Shown here: piece after piece, positions 8,691-19,962 of the stretch | How the letters are laid out: every line of letters starts with the position of its first letter | Numbering within the stretch: the first letter of the stretch is position 1 | Assembly (NCBI GenBank): GCA_964603525.1 | Contig: CAZRVI010000001.1 | Span: forward strand, 749-64,748 | Reading direction: 5' to 3' | Source: Candidatus Woesearchaeota archaeon | GTDB lineage: Archaea; Nanobdellota; Nanobdellia; SCGC-AAA011-G17; JACPIM01 | DNA length: 64,000 nucleotides | Position numbers and translations under genes: made by a program | The notes under the pieces: generated by a model | The model's database searches: none | The model's input: only the letters and a program-made list of their open reading frames with translations | Told to the model about the DNA's origin: nothing

Positions 8691-11150
8691 ATGTCAAAGA
8701 AAATTCAATTTTATCCAATTGAGATTGATAGTGTGATTATTAATAATAGAGATTATATCAGAATATTTGGAAAAACTACTGATAATAAGAAAATTTGTGT
8801 TTTTGATCAATTTGAAAATTATTTTTGGGTTATTCCTTCTAAAGAAAATATAGAGTGGGTTAGAAAACAGATAGAAAATATCAAAGTTAAGGACAATAAT
8901 GGAAAAATAAGGTATGTAAAGAGGGCTGAGTCACACATTAAGAATTTCTTAGGAAGGAATAGAAAAGCAATAAAAGTTATTTTAAATAACTCTGGAGATT
9001 TGAGATATATTTCTGAAGAGATTAAAAAGATACCTGGTTATGGGTCTAGAAAAGAAATAGATATTCCTTTATATAAGAAATATTTAATAGATAAGAAAAT
9101 AACACCCCTAACATTATGCGAAGGTTTTGGTAATAAGTTAGATAGCAATTTAGAAGTAGATATTAAATTATGTGGGAAAGTTATGCAAATAAGTTCTGAT
9201 CTAATTAAAAATCCAAAAATTTTAAGTTTTGATATTGAGACTAGTAATCCTTTGCAATCAGTACATGAATTTAAATTTCCAATTATCATGCTTTCTTTTG
9301 CTGGTAGTGATGGTTTTAGAAAATGTATTACATGGAAAAGTTTTGAGAATCATAAAAAAGAAATAGAATTTGTTAAAAATGAAGAAGAATTGTTAATAAG
9401 ATTTAAAGAGATAATTAAATGGTATAAACCTGATTATATTGTTGGTTATTATTCAGATGGTTTTGATTGGCCTTATATTAAAGCAAGAGCAGATTTGCAT
9501 GGGATTAGTTTAAATTTAGGTTTAGATAATGCAAAAATTAAATTTAGTAACAAAGGATTTTCTAGTTCTACTAAGATTTTGGGCATACCCAATATTGATA
9601 TTTGTAAATTTATAAAAAATTTGATGATTGGAGATGTTGCCTCTGGTTCATTAAAAACACAATCAGCAAGCCTGGATAGCGTAGCTAAAGAAATTTTAAA
9701 TGAAAGAAAATATCCTATTGATATTAGTAAATTACGTGAAGTTTGGAAAAAAGGTGGTCAAGAATTGGAGAGTTATTGTTTGTATAATTTAAAGGATGCT
9801 GAATTATGTTTAAGAATATTTGAAAAAATATTGCCTAATATTAATGAATTAGTTAAATTAGTTGGTCAGAAAATTTATGATGTTTCTAGAATGACTTTTG
9901 GTCAATTGATAGAAAACTACTTAATAAAAAAAACAAGAGATTTTAATGAGATAATCCCTAGAAGACCAACATATAATGAACGTGAAGATAGAACTTATAA
10001 AACATATACAGGTGGCTTTGTTTATGAACCCAAACCAGGCCTCTATGAAAACATAGCTGTTTTTGATTTTAGAAGTTTACATCCTTCTATAATAAGTGCA
10101 CATAATGTTTGTTTGTCTACTTTATCTAATAATAAAGAAGATAGTAATGAAACTCCTGAAATTGAAGGAAGAAAGTATTATTTTAATTACAAAAAGGAAG
10201 GTTTTATTCCACAAATAATAAGAGAGCTTATTCAAAGGAGGATGAGAATAAAACAAATTATAAAAGAAAATAAGAAAGATCCTGTATTAAATGCGAGAAA
10301 TTATGCTTTAAAGATTATTGCTGCTGGATTTCATGGATATCTTGGTTATTCTGGAGCAAGATGGTATAGTTTAGAATGTGCTGAAGGAATTCTAGCCTAT
10401 GCAAGAGACTATATTAAGAAATTGATTGCTAAATGTCTTGAAGCGGGTTTTAATATTATTTATGGCGATACTGATAGTGTATTCATTGGATTAAAAAATA
10501 AAAATAAAAATTATGTTGAAAAATTTTTGAATGATTTTAATAGAGATCTTCCAAGTTTAATGGAATTAGAATTAGAAAATTTTTATAAAAGATGTATTTT
10601 TGTAATGAAGAAAGGCGAAGAAAAAGGCGCAAAGAAGAAATATGCTTTAATTGATTATGAGAATGAGATAAAAGTTAGGGGTTTTGAAACTGTAAGAAGA
10701 GATTGGAGTGAAATTGCAAGAGAAACTCAAAATAGGATTTTAGAGATAATTTTAAAAGAAGGTGATATAAAAAAAGCTCTTATGTATGTAAGAGACGTTA
10801 TTAATCGGTTAAAGGAAAAAAAGGTTTCTTTGGATGAATTAAGGTTACAAACACAACTTAAAAGAAACATAGATTCATACGAGAGTATTAGTCCTCATGT
10901 AGCTGTTGCTAAAGCTATGAGAAGCAAAGGAATTTATGTTGGCGCTGGAACAATTGTTAATTATATAATTTCTGATGGTTCTGGGATGATTAAGGACAAA
11001 GCTATTATGTTTGAAGATGCAACTAATTATGATTCTGATTATTATATTAATCATCAAGTAATTCCTGCTGTTGAAAAAATATTTGAAGTTTTAGGTTATA
11101 GAAAAGAAGATTTGATTAGTGGAGAACAAACAAAATTGGATGAATTCTAA
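8691..11150 (+). CDS. polB: Family B DNA polymerase with atypical motif A/B residues
   Basis: Exonuclease motifs FDIET, FDWPY, YNLKDA; polymerase motifs DFRSLHPSII, KIIAAGFHG, YGDTDS, KKKY, VRRDWS; PIP box QTKLDEF. Confidence 0.93.
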   Translation: MSKKIQFYPIEIDSVIINNRDYIRIFGKTTDNKKICVFDQFENYFWVIPSKENIEWVRKQIENIKVKDNNGKIRYVKRAESHIKNFLGRNRKAIKVILNNSGDLRYISEEIKKIPGYGSRKEIDIPLYKKYLIDKKITPLTLCEGFGNKLDSNLEVDIKLCGKVMQISSDLIKNPKILSFDIETSNPLQSVHEFKFPIIMLSFAGSDGFRKCITWKSFENHKKEIEFVKNEEELLIRFKEIIKWYKPDYIVGYYSDGFDWPYIKARADLHGISLNLGLDNAKIKFSNKGFSSSTKILGIPNIDICKFIKNLMIGDVASGSLKTQSASLDSVAKEILNERKYPIDISKLREVWKKGGQELESYCLYNLKDAELCLRIFEKILPNINELVKLVGQKIYDVSRMTFGQLIENYLIKKTRDFNEIIPRRPTYNEREDRTYKTYTGGFVYEPKPGLYENIAVFDFRSLHPSIISAHNVCLSTLSNNKEDSNETPEIEGRKYYFNYKKEGFIPQIIRELIQRRMRIKQIIKENKKDPVLNARNYALKIIAAGFHGYLGYSGARWYSLECAEGILAYARDYIKKLIAKCLEAGFNIIYGDTDSVFIGLKNKNKNYVEKFLNDFNRDLPSLMELELENFYKRCIFVMKKGEEKGAKKKYALIDYENEIKVRGFETVRRDWSEIARETQNRILEIILKEGDIKKALMYVRDVINRLKEKKVSLDELRLQTQLKRNIDSYESISPHVAVAKAMRSKGIYVGAGTIVNYIISDGSGMIKDKAIMFEDATNYDSDYYINHQVIPAVEKIFEVLGYRKEDLISGEQTKLDEF

Positions 11151-11210
11151 AAACAAATTTTTGTGTTAAAATAAAAGGATTTATAAAATATCTTTAAATA
11201 GAAAAATAGT

Positions 11211-12083
11211 ATGATAGATGAAGATTATATCAGATCAGGAGAAATTGCTAGAAAAGCAAGGGAGTATGGAAAAACTCTTGTTAAAGAAGGTGTAAAATAT
11301 ATTGATATTGCTGAAAAAATTGAAAATAAGATTATTGAGTTAGGAGGAAAACCTGCTTTTCCTGTTGATGTTTCTGTAAACCATATTGCAGCTCATGATT
11401 CTCCCTTATACAATGATAAAAGAATAATTAAGAAAGGTGATTTGGTTAAATTAGATCTTGGTGTTCATATTAATGGCAAGGTAACTGATACCGCTTGCAC
11501 CGTTGAAGTTGAAACAAACAAATATAAAAGACTGATAGAAAGTGCTGAGGAAGCTTTAAAAAAGGCTATTGAAATTTGTGAGCATGGGGTTAAATTAAGA
11601 GAAATTGGGGGTGTTATTCAAAAGGTAATTAATGAATATGGTTTTTCTCCCATTAAGAATTTAAGTGGACATGGTGTTGATGAATATGAAGTACATTGTG
11701 CACCAACAATACCAAATTATGATAATGGTAATGAAAATATTTTGGAAAGAGGCATGATAGTTGCTATTGAACCTTTTTCAACCAATGGTGAAGGTAGAAT
11801 TAAAGATGGTAAATTTTGTGAAGTATATCAACTAATAAATTTGAAAAATGTTAGGGATAATTTTTCTAGAGTTATTTTGAAATTCATAAATGAAGAATAT
11901 AAAACATTGCCTTTTTGTGCGAGATGGTTAATTAAAAAATTTGGTTTAAGAGTTAAATTAACATTAAAACAAATGGAATTGCAAGGGATTATAAAACAAT
12001 ATCATATTCTTCCGGAAGTGAGCAATGGAATAGTAGCTCAGGCTGAACATACATTGATTGTAGGTGGAGGGGTTTTAACATAA
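11211..12083 (+). CDS. map: Methionine aminopeptidase, type II
   Basis: AFP, AAH, KLDLGVHING..TDTA, NLSGH, AIEPF, AQAEHT. Confidence 0.95.
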   Translation: MIDEDYIRSGEIARKAREYGKTLVKEGVKYIDIAEKIENKIIELGGKPAFPVDVSVNHIAAHDSPLYNDKRIIKKGDLVKLDLGVHINGKVTDTACTVEVETNKYKRLIESAEEALKKAIEICEHGVKLREIGGVIQKVINEYGFSPIKNLSGHGVDEYEVHCAPTIPNYDNGNENILERGMIVAIEPFSTNGEGRIKDGKFCEVYQLINLKNVRDNFSRVILKFINEEYKTLPFCARWLIKKFGLRVKLTLKQMELQGIIKQYHILPEVSNGIVAQAEHTLIVGGGVLT

Positions 12084-12112
12084 TTTCTTTGTTAAAATTG
12101 TTAAAAGCAATT

Positions 12113-14383
12113 CTATCCCATATAATTTGGTTTTTTCAGAGCAACCCCTCTACCAATTTTTAAGTATTGCTCTTCTATATCTTTATATCTTTTAAGTGCT
12201 GCATCAGTTATAGATGGCTTTATTTTTTCTAAAGCTGTTTCAAAATGCTTCATTTTAATTTCTTTAGATTTGATATTTTCTCTTAATGCCAATAACCCTG
12301 CTTCTCTGCATACACCAGCAATATCTGCACCAGAATAATTTTTAGTTTTTTCAACTATTTTTTTTAAATCTACATCTTTAGCTAAAGCCATATTTTTTGT
12401 GTGTATTTCAAATATTTTTGATCTTGATTCTTTATCTGGCACAGTAGTAGCGATAATTCTATCAAATCTTCCTGGTCTTAATAATGCAGAATCAATTAGA
12501 TCTGGTCGATTAGTTGTTGCTATCACAATAATATCTCCTAGGTCTTCTAACCCATCCATTTCAGCTAGCAAGGTATTAACAACCCTCTCAGTTACACCAG
12601 AATCAAATCCACGGCCTCTCGCTGAGGCTAATGCGTCTATTTCATCAAAACAAATTATTGTTGGTGCTGCTTGTCTTGCTTTTTCAAAAATTTTACGGAC
12701 CCCTTTTTCTGTTTCTCCTACGAATTTATTTAATAACTCTGGTCCTTTAACCAAAATGAAATTGGCTTCTGATTCTGATGCTACTGCCTTTGCTAGTAAA
12801 GTTTTACCTGTTCCAGGAGGACCATACATGAGAATTCCTTTTGGTGGTTTTATACCCATTCTTTTGAATGAATCCGGATATTTGATAGGCCATTCTACTG
12901 CTTCAATTAATTCTTGTTTTAGATCTTCTAGACCACCAATATCAGACCATTTTATATTGGGTGTTTCTACTAAGACTTCACGCATTGCTGATGGTCTTAC
13001 TAATCTTAGTGCATGCATAAAATCTTTCATATTAACTTTTAATTTTTCTAAAATGCCTTTAGGGATTTCTGTATTTTCCTTAAGTTTTAATTCTGGTAAT
13101 ATTTTTCTTAGTACATACATTGCTGCTTCTTTACATAAAGATTCAAGATCTGCACCTACAAAACCATGCGTTATTGAAGCAATTTTATCTAAATCAACAT
13201 CTTTTGTTAAAGGCATGTTTCTAGTATGAACCTTTAGAATTTGTAGTCTTCCTTTTTTGTTGGGGACCCCAATTTGGACCTCTCTATCAAATCTTCCAGG
13301 TCTTCTTAATGCAGGATCCAAAGCATTAGCTCTGTTAGTTGCTCCAATTACAACTACTTTCCCTCTTGATTTTAGCCCATCCATACATGTCAAGAGTTGA
13401 GACACCATTCTTCTTTCAACTTCACCATAAGCTTCTTCTCTTTTTGGAGCCATTGCATCTATCTCATCTATAAAAATAATAGATGGTGCATTTTTCTCAG
13501 CATCTTCAAAAACTTTCCTTATTCTTTTCTCTGTTTCCCCATAGAACTTAGAAGTAACTTCGGGAGCATTTACTAAAATAAAGTTAGCTTCTGATTCTGA
13601 TGCTACTGCCTTTGCTAGTAAAGTTTTACCTGTTCCAGGAGGACCATACATGAGAATTCCTTTTGGGGGCTGTATCCCCAATCTTTCAAATATCTCTGGA
13701 TGTTTTAAAGGGAGTTCCACCATCTCTCTTACTTTTTTTATTTCTTCATCTAAACCACCAATATCTTCATAAGAAACTTCTGGAATATGTTCATCCTTAA
13801 CTTCAACAGCATGGGATTTGACTTCAATTCTTGTATTTTCTGTTATAATAACTGGTGTCTTTGGTGAAGTTTCTACAACAATAAATCTTAAATCTGAAAA
13901 TCCAAAGGTTCCTGAGAAACTTTGTTCAAATATATCAAATATGTCTTGGAATGGTGAATCACTCATAATCCTTCTTCTAGATCTTGTTCCACCCAAAGCA
14001 AGAATATCTCCTTTTATAACTGCTCTCCCCAATAAACCTCTTCTAAAAACATGGGGTGCTGCATGAATCATCATCCCTCTTTGTGCTGGTGCAATTGTAA
14101 TCGATTTTGCTTCTTTTACATCAGCTTTTCTAACTTTAACTGTTTCCCCTATACCTGTTCTTGCATTTCTTCTTATAATCCCATCCATCCTTATTAGAGA
14201 TTGACCTATATCTGTAGGATATGCTCTTTCTACAATACCAACTGTTTTTCTTTCACCTTCTATTTCTATAATTTCGCCTGGTCTTATCCCCAATCTCCTC
14301 ATTGTTTGAGAGTCTATTCTAACTATGCCTTTATAGGCTTCTTCTTGCAAAGCTTCCATAACCTTTAATTTTAATTCTGCCAT
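12113..14383 (-). CDS. cdc48: Cdc48/VAT AAA+ ATPase
   Basis: N-domain plus two AAA modules ([15 protein letters not shown] twice, DEID, RPGRFD twice); C-terminal YMG HbYX-like tail. Confidence 0.96.
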   Translation of the reverse strand: MAELKLKVMEALQEEAYKGIVRIDSQTMRRLGIRPGEIIEIEGERKTVGIVERAYPTDIGQSLIRMDGIIRRNARTGIGETVKVRKADVKEAKSITIAPAQRGMMIHAAPHVFRRGLLGRAVIKGDILALGGTRSRRRIMSDSPFQDIFDIFEQSFSGTFGFSDLRFIVVETSPKTPVIITENTRIEVKSHAVEVKDEHIPEVSYEDIGGLDEEIKKVREMVELPLKHPEIFERLGIQPPKGILMYGPPGTGKTLLAKAVASESEANFILVNAPEVTSKFYGETEKRIRKVFEDAEKNAPSIIFIDEIDAMAPKREEAYGEVERRMVSQLLTCMDGLKSRGKVVVIGATNRANALDPALRRPGRFDREVQIGVPNKKGRLQILKVHTRNMPLTKDVDLDKIASITHGFVGADLESLCKEAAMYVLRKILPELKLKENTEIPKGILEKLKVNMKDFMHALRLVRPSAMREVLVETPNIKWSDIGGLEDLKQELIEAVEWPIKYPDSFKRMGIKPPKGILMYGPPGTGKTLLAKAVASESEANFILVKGPELLNKFVGETEKGVRKIFEKARQAAPTIICFDEIDALASARGRGFDSGVTERVVNTLLAEMDGLEDLGDIIVIATTNRPDLIDSALLRPGRFDRIIATTVPDKESRSKIFEIHTKNMALAKDVDLKKIVEKTKNYSGADIAGVCREAGLLALRENIKSKEIKMKHFETALEKIKPSITDAALKRYKDIEEQYLKIGRGVALKKPNYMG
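12765..13666. repeat. 80-bp perfect direct repeat inside cdc48 (copies 12765-12844 and 13587-13666)
   Basis: Both copies read gcttctgattctgatgctactgcctttgctagtaaagttttacctgttccaggaggaccatacatgagaattccttttgg. Confidence 0.92.
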
Positions 14384-14414
14384 TTTATTAAAATAATATT
14401 CTTATTTTGGTGTT

Positions 14415-14786
14415 TTAATCTTCATCAAGGATTTTTTTAATCTTTTTAATTTTATCGGTGAAATATAAACTAAGTTTTTCTGGCCCTTCTAAGCTCATAC
14501 TGATCATATTATTCATTGTTTTTCGCATCTCTTTTTGGAATTCTATAATTTCTTTAGGAATAGAAACGCAAAAAGAATTTCCTATTAATCTTAATTTGAC
14601 TTCAAAGTCTTTAGATTGGAGTTTTTTAAAGTTATTAAATTTTGCTTCATCCAAAGGATGTAATTGTATAACTTTGCATTTTTTACATTTCCATGCCCTT
14701 AGATTATAACCCTCTCTACTAATAATAATCTTTTCCATTTTTTTATTACATTTATTACATAATAATTGATTGTTGTATATATCCAT
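14415..14786 (-). CDS. Zn-ribbon plus AbrB/MazE-like DNA-binding protein
   Basis: CNKC...CKKC followed by VKLRLIGNSFCVSIPKEI. Confidence 0.7.
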   Translation of the reverse strand: MDIYNNQLLCNKCNKKMEKIIISREGYNLRAWKCKKCKVIQLHPLDEAKFNNFKKLQSKDFEVKLRLIGNSFCVSIPKEIIEFQKEMRKTMNNMISMSLEGPEKLSLYFTDKIKKIKKILDED

Positions 14787-14872
14787 TTTGTATATACAAG
14801 CAATATATACATCTTATATATAAATATTTTGGTTTAGAAATAAATTTATAGTTTCTTTATTATAAAGCCAAT

Positions 14873-15490
14873 ATGATTAAAACAGGATGTGAAGATTTAG
14901 ATAGATTAATAGGAGGATACAAAAAGGAAATTACTCTTATATATGGTCCTGCAGGAACGGGTAAAACAACCTTGGCTAAGCTGGCAACTTTAAAACAAAC
15001 TTTATCTGGAAAAAAGGTTGTTTATATAGATACCGAAAATGGTTTTTCTGTTGAAAGATTTATGCAATTAGCTGAGTATAGTTGTATAGATTTATTTGAT
15101 AAGATTTTATTATTGAAGGTAAAAGATTTTGAAGATCAATGCAAAAAATTTGAAATGGTTGAAAAACTAGAAAAAGTTGATTTGATTATTGTTGATACAT
15201 TAGGTAGATACTATAGAAAAGCTGAAAAAAGTAATGAAAATACAAAAAGGCTTTTAAGACAATTAAGGATTTTAGTGCATAAAACGAAAGAAGGGATTCC
15301 CATCATAATAACAAACCAGGTTTATAGTAACATGGATAACGAAATTATGCCTGTTGGAGGAGATATGTTTAAAAAATTTGGAAGATGTATAATCGAATTA
15401 CAACAAAAACCAAGAAAGTTGATTGTTAAAAAACCAGAATACAAAGAAATGCTTTTTGAAATTAGGAATAGAGGAATTTTTAGGATTTAG
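14873..15490 (+). CDS. radB: DNA repair protein RadB
   Basis: IKTGCEDLDRLIGG, GPAGTGKT, YIDTE, ITNQVY, PVGG. Confidence 0.88.
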   Translation: MIKTGCEDLDRLIGGYKKEITLIYGPAGTGKTTLAKLATLKQTLSGKKVVYIDTENGFSVERFMQLAEYSCIDLFDKILLLKVKDFEDQCKKFEMVEKLEKVDLIIVDTLGRYYRKAEKSNENTKRLLRQLRILVHKTKEGIPIIITNQVYSNMDNEIMPVGGDMFKKFGRCIIELQQKPRKLIVKKPEYKEMLFEIRNRGIFRI

Positions 15491-17558
15491 TTTTGTTAAT
15501 TTTTTTCTTAAAGTTTTCTATTTTATCTTTATTATTTTTTATCCATTCTAATTTTTTAGGACATTTTTTATTTATACAATAATTAAATGGTCTTTTTCCT
15601 TTTCTTATTACTTGAACTTGGGGAAAACCACAGGATTCGCATTTTTTATCTATTGGCTTTATTAGTCCTTGGGGCAAAGATTTAGTAAAACTGCATTTTG
15701 GGTATTTATCACAAGCTAAAAACTGTCCATATTTACTTCTCCTTATTACTAAATTTCCTTTTTTGCACATCAAACATTTTCCAACGACAGACAATTCCTT
15801 TTTTGTTTGTTTTGTTGCTTTTAAGAGATCTAAACCAATTTGTTTTTCTTTTTTCTTAAATTTGTTAAAAATTTTTTTTAATAACTTTTGTGCTTCATTT
15901 AATATCGTAGCAGGTTTTTTCTTCTTCTTTAAAATTTTTTCCAGTTCTTGTTCAAAATGTTTTGTTAGTTTTTCTGATGTCAATTCTGGAACATATTTTT
16001 TTAAGGTTTCTGCGACGGCAAGCCCTAATTTTGTAACTTTTATAGACCTGCCTTCAATATAATGTCTGTCATATAATATTTGAAGAATCGCGTGTCTTGT
16101 TGCTTTTGTTCCTAAATTTCTTTTTTCCATTTCTGCTATAATAGAGCCCTGAGAATATCTATTTGGTGGTTTTGTTTTATCTTGTTTTAATATTAATTTT
16201 TTAACATTGTATATTTTATTTTGTTTTAATTCAGGAAGAATATTTTCTTTAAAGGTTGCAGGATAAATTTCTGTCCACCCTTGCTTTAATGTTCTCAAAC
16301 CTTTGGCAATAAAGATCTCTTTATTTATATCAAATTCCAAATTTGCTGTTTCCCTTACAGCATCTGGATAAAATGCTGCAATAAATCTTCTTACAATTAA
16401 TTTATATATTTTTTTTTCTTGTTCTGTTAGCTCTGATAACTTAGGAGGGCTATGTGTTGGATAAATAGCTATATGTGCTGGATCTTTTTTCTTTCCTTGA
16501 ACAGGCTTCAATGATTTGATACCTTTAATTAAATTTTTAAATTCAGATAGAGCTTTTAAAATTTTTTTATAATTTATCTTTGGGTCTAATTTTTCTGAGG
16601 AGGTTCTTGGATAAGAAATATAGGCATTTAAGTAAAGTTGTTGTGCTATTTGAAGCGTCTGTTTTGGTGAATACCCAAATAACCTATAAGCTTCTGTTTG
16701 TAGAGAGGTTATATTAAACGCTGGTGGGGGAGGTAATTTGTACTGTCTTGTTATTTGTTTTTTGAGTATTGCGGGGTGATTTTTACATTTTTTAATTATT
16801 TTTTCTACATTTTGTTTTTTTGTGAACTTCCCTTTTGAATGTATAGCTAAAATATCGGCTTTTGCTTTTATTTGGGCGAATAATTGCCAGAATAATTCTG
16901 GTTTAAATTTTTTAATTTCTTCTTCTCTTTTTGCTAATAAATAAAGGGTTGGAGATTGGACCCTCCCTGACGATAAAATTTTGAAAAACCCTGCTAATTT
17001 TACTGCTAAAGTTAATGCCCTGGTACTACTTAAACCCCATTCCCAATCTAAAATGTGTCTTGTTTCTCCTGCAATTGCCTGCTCGATGTCTAAATGTTTT
17101 GATTTATTACAATAAGAATTCAATAAATCTTCATCTGTTAATGTTGAAAACTTCATCCTGTTAGCATTTTTTTTATTGGCAACAAATCTCAAAATATTAT
17201 ACCCAATTAGACTACCTTCGATATCAAAATCAGTACATATTGTGTATTCCTTGGCCTCTTTTACTAATTTTTTGAATAGGTCTAAATAATTTTTTGTAAA
17301 TGAAGATTTCTTAGAAATTTCATATATTGGCCTCCATTCATAAGAAAAAAGAGGATATTTCCAACCCTTTCCATTTTTTTCCTTTAATCCAAAGAGATGG
17401 CCTACTGCACACCCTACTAGAATTTTTTTCTTTTTATGAGTTATTTCGTAATAAGGAATTTTTTTGTAAATTTTTTTTATTATTTGATTATCTGATAAAG
17501 CTTCAGCAATCCTTCTTGCTGCTACAGGTTTTTCTGCTATTAAGAGTTCATAACTCAT
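15480..17558 (-). CDS. topA: DNA topoisomerase I (type IA)
   Basis: IAEKP, AVGHL, TDFDIEG, SSGRVQSP, YISYPRTSS, GTKATR, C-terminal Zn ribbons. Confidence 0.95.
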   Translation of the reverse strand: MSYELLIAEKPVAARRIAEALSDNQIIKKIYKKIPYYEITHKKKKILVGCAVGHLFGLKEKNGKGWKYPLFSYEWRPIYEISKKSSFTKNYLDLFKKLVKEAKEYTICTDFDIEGSLIGYNILRFVANKKNANRMKFSTLTDEDLLNSYCNKSKHLDIEQAIAGETRHILDWEWGLSSTRALTLAVKLAGFFKILSSGRVQSPTLYLLAKREEEIKKFKPELFWQLFAQIKAKADILAIHSKGKFTKKQNVEKIIKKCKNHPAILKKQITRQYKLPPPPAFNITSLQTEAYRLFGYSPKQTLQIAQQLYLNAYISYPRTSSEKLDPKINYKKILKALSEFKNLIKGIKSLKPVQGKKKDPAHIAIYPTHSPPKLSELTEQEKKIYKLIVRRFIAAFYPDAVRETANLEFDINKEIFIAKGLRTLKQGWTEIYPATFKENILPELKQNKIYNVKKLILKQDKTKPPNRYSQGSIIAEMEKRNLGTKATRHAILQILYDRHYIEGRSIKVTKLGLAVAETLKKYVPELTSEKLTKHFEQELEKILKKKKKPATILNEAQKLLKKIFNKFKKKEKQIGLDLLKATKQTKKELSVVGKCLMCKKGNLVIRRSKYGQFLACDKYPKCSFTKSLPQGLIKPIDKKCESCGFPQVQVIRKGKRPFNYCINKKCPKKLEWIKNNKDKIENFKKKINKTKS

Positions 17559-17638
17559 TTTGCACTCTATAATGACCTATATGTTCTAAACAGATATAAT
17601 TTGTTTTATCTTATTTTAATGGATTTACTTAAGGGTTT

Positions 17639-18244
17639 CTAAATCTCAAGAATTTTCCCTTTTCTTCCAACATTAATTATTTTTGTTTTACCAATTTTTT
17701 CTTCAATTCCTTCAGCTTCATGTATATGCCCTGATAAAACCAAATCTGGCTTAAATTTTTCTATTGCTTTCCTTACACTTTTGCTTCCGGAAAATCCAAG
17801 AAATTCTGCTAATGTTCCTTTGGAGTGTATATGTGTTACCATTATTTTTTTCTTTAAATTTTTAATTCCTTTATGTGCCTTTTCTAAAGTTTCTGTTAAT
17901 TGTTTTTCAGTAATTTTATTTAGACCAATATCTCCTCCACCACAGCCAAAAATTCCAACCCCCTTGTATTGAACTGAATAGCCATGGATATTTTTAACTC
18001 CATAAAATTCTGCCAAAAAATCTGCTGTTGCAAAGGAATCATGATTTCCGGGTATTAACAATAACTTTAATTTTTTATCTATGAAAGGTTTTATAATATT
18101 CTTAGATTCCTTATCAAACATTGTTAAATCCCCGCACAATAAGACTAAATCTACTTTTTCTTTTTTTGCTTTGTTAGCAAGTTTTCTTGATATAGAACTA
18201 TCTCCATGAATATCTGCTGCTGCTAATATCTTCAATTTTTTCAT
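17639..18244 (-). CDS. Calcineurin-like metallophosphoesterase
   Basis: DIHG, GDL, GNHD, GHIHE motifs. Confidence 0.9.
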   Translation of the reverse strand: MKKLKILAAADIHGDSSISRKLANKAKKEKVDLVLLCGDLTMFDKESKNIIKPFIDKKLKLLLIPGNHDSFATADFLAEFYGVKNIHGYSVQYKGVGIFGCGGGDIGLNKITEKQLTETLEKAHKGIKNLKKKIMVTHIHSKGTLAEFLGFSGSKSVRKAIEKFKPDLVLSGHIHEAEGIEEKIGKTKIINVGRKGKILEI

Positions 18245-19515
18245 TTTATTAGTTTAAGATCATTCATATACTTTTGCAATACATTTGGAATTTTAATTGA
18301 CCCATCCTTTTTTTGATAATTTTCAATTATTGCTCTCATTATCCTTGAAGTTGCTAGTGCTGTATTATTTAATATATGAACATATTCTCTTTTTCCCTTA
18401 TTATTAATATATCTTATATTTAAGTTTGCTGCTTGGTAAAGGGTGCAATTTGAACATGAGGTTACCTCCTTATATTTTTTTTCTCTAGGAAAATAGGCTT
18501 CTATATCTAGCTGTTTAGATTGTTTTAATCCCAATTCCCCAGAACAGATGCTAACAACCCTGTAAGGCAATCTTAATTTTTGCATTAACTCTTCCGAATA
18601 TTTCTGCATTTCTTCAAAAAGTTTCCAAGAATCTTTTGGTTTACATATAACAACCTGTTCTACTTTATTAAATTGGTGCATTCTAAATAATCCTTTTGTA
18701 TCTATACCATGAGAACCAAGCTCTTTTCTAAAATTAGGGGAATACCCAACAATTTTTATTGGCAATTCTTTTTCTTTTAAAATTTCATTAGAGAACATAC
18801 CTATCAAGGGAAACTCTGAGGTTGGAATTAAATATAAATCTTCATTTTCTATTTTATAAATCGTATCTTTAAATGCCTCTAAATCTGTTACTCCAGCTGT
18901 TATTTTTTTTCTTAAAGTTAATGGTGGGTAAACAAGCAAAAATCCTTTCTTTAATAAATAATCAATTGCGAATCTTTGTAATGCTAAATCCAATAAAGCT
19001 ATTTTGTCTTTTAGAAAAACAAATCCTGTTCCGGAAACATCTGCAGCTTTCTTAAAATCCGCTTGCTTTAATTCTTCAAGTAATTCTCCATGTGATTTTA
19101 ATTTAAAACCAAATTTTCTAATTACTCCCCACTTCTTTATAATTTTATTTTGTGTTTCATTTTTTCCTATAGGAACAGATTTATGCAAGATGTTTGGAAT
19201 TTTCATTAAATTTTTTTTTAATTGTTCTTGAATTGATTTTACTTTTTGTTCAAGATTCTTAATTTCTTTTGGTAATTTTTTAGCTTCTCTTAATTTTTTC
19301 TTTAGATCTACTTTTCTCTTTTTCAATTGATTTATTTCTTTTGATAACAAATTTCTTTTATGTCTTAAAAAATCTAATTGTTTTTTTAATGTCTTAAAGT
19401 GATCATAGAACTTAAGGATCTCATCAATTAAAAGGATCTTATCTTCTTGAAACCTTTTTTTTAAATTCTCTTTGACTAATTTTGTGTTTTTTTCAATAAA
19501 TTTGATTTCTAACAT
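18241..19515 (-). CDS. serS: Seryl-tRNA synthetase
   Basis: N-terminal coiled coil, LYLIPTSE, FRKE.G.HG.DTKGLFRMHQFNKVE, EVTSCSNC, HILNNT. Confidence 0.96.
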   Translation of the reverse strand: MLEIKFIEKNTKLVKENLKKRFQEDKILLIDEILKFYDHFKTLKKQLDFLRHKRNLLSKEINQLKKRKVDLKKKLREAKKLPKEIKNLEQKVKSIQEQLKKNLMKIPNILHKSVPIGKNETQNKIIKKWGVIRKFGFKLKSHGELLEELKQADFKKAADVSGTGFVFLKDKIALLDLALQRFAIDYLLKKGFLLVYPPLTLRKKITAGVTDLEAFKDTIYKIENEDLYLIPTSEFPLIGMFSNEILKEKELPIKIVGYSPNFRKELGSHGIDTKGLFRMHQFNKVEQVVICKPKDSWKLFEEMQKYSEELMQKLRLPYRVVSICSGELGLKQSKQLDIEAYFPREKKYKEVTSCSNCTLYQAANLNIRYINNKGKREYVHILNNTALATSRIMRAIIENYQKKDGSIKIPNVLQKYMNDLKLIK

Positions 19516-19646
19516 TCTAAATACAAAAGAAATGGAAAGATATTTAAAGATTATTATTGTAAATAACCATTCCAAAATATATAAAAGAAAACATTTAAAT
19601 ATAAGGTGTAATTATTAAGGTAAGAGAGGTGAAGGGGGGATTAGTA

Positions 19647-19922
19647 ATGGTAAAAATACCAAAGAATATATTTGAGGTGTTTTTCAGAAGAAAACCTGCA
19701 ATGATCTTAGTTGCGCTTAGAAAGGCTGGAAGAAACAGATACGGAAGTGTGCTTGCAAAAGAGGTAGATTGTACTTATTCTCATGCTGTTAAGATATTAC
19801 AAGAGATGGAGAAAGCAAGACTTGTAGAATTTGAAAAACAAGGCAGGATTAAAACAATTAAATTAACAAACAATGGTGAAAAAGTAGCTGAACATATTGA
19901 AAAAATTAAGAATTTACTATAA
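19647..19922 (+). CDS. Winged-helix transcriptional regulator
   Basis: LAKEVDCTYSHAVKILQEMEKARLV...GRIKTIKLT. Confidence 0.8.
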   Translation: MVKIPKNIFEVFFRRKPAMILVALRKAGRNRYGSVLAKEVDCTYSHAVKILQEMEKARLVEFEKQGRIKTIKLTNNGEKVAEHIEKIKNLL

Positions 19923-19962
19923 TTTTTTATTTTAAGTTATTTTAAAAATAGATAGAAATTAA

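Noticed and set aside
12399..13229. 276-aa plus-strand ORF and the other antisense ORFs in the track (e.g. 294-869, 36362-36820, 51983-52363)
   Set aside because: Shadow frames opposite well-supported genes, with no recognisable motifs.
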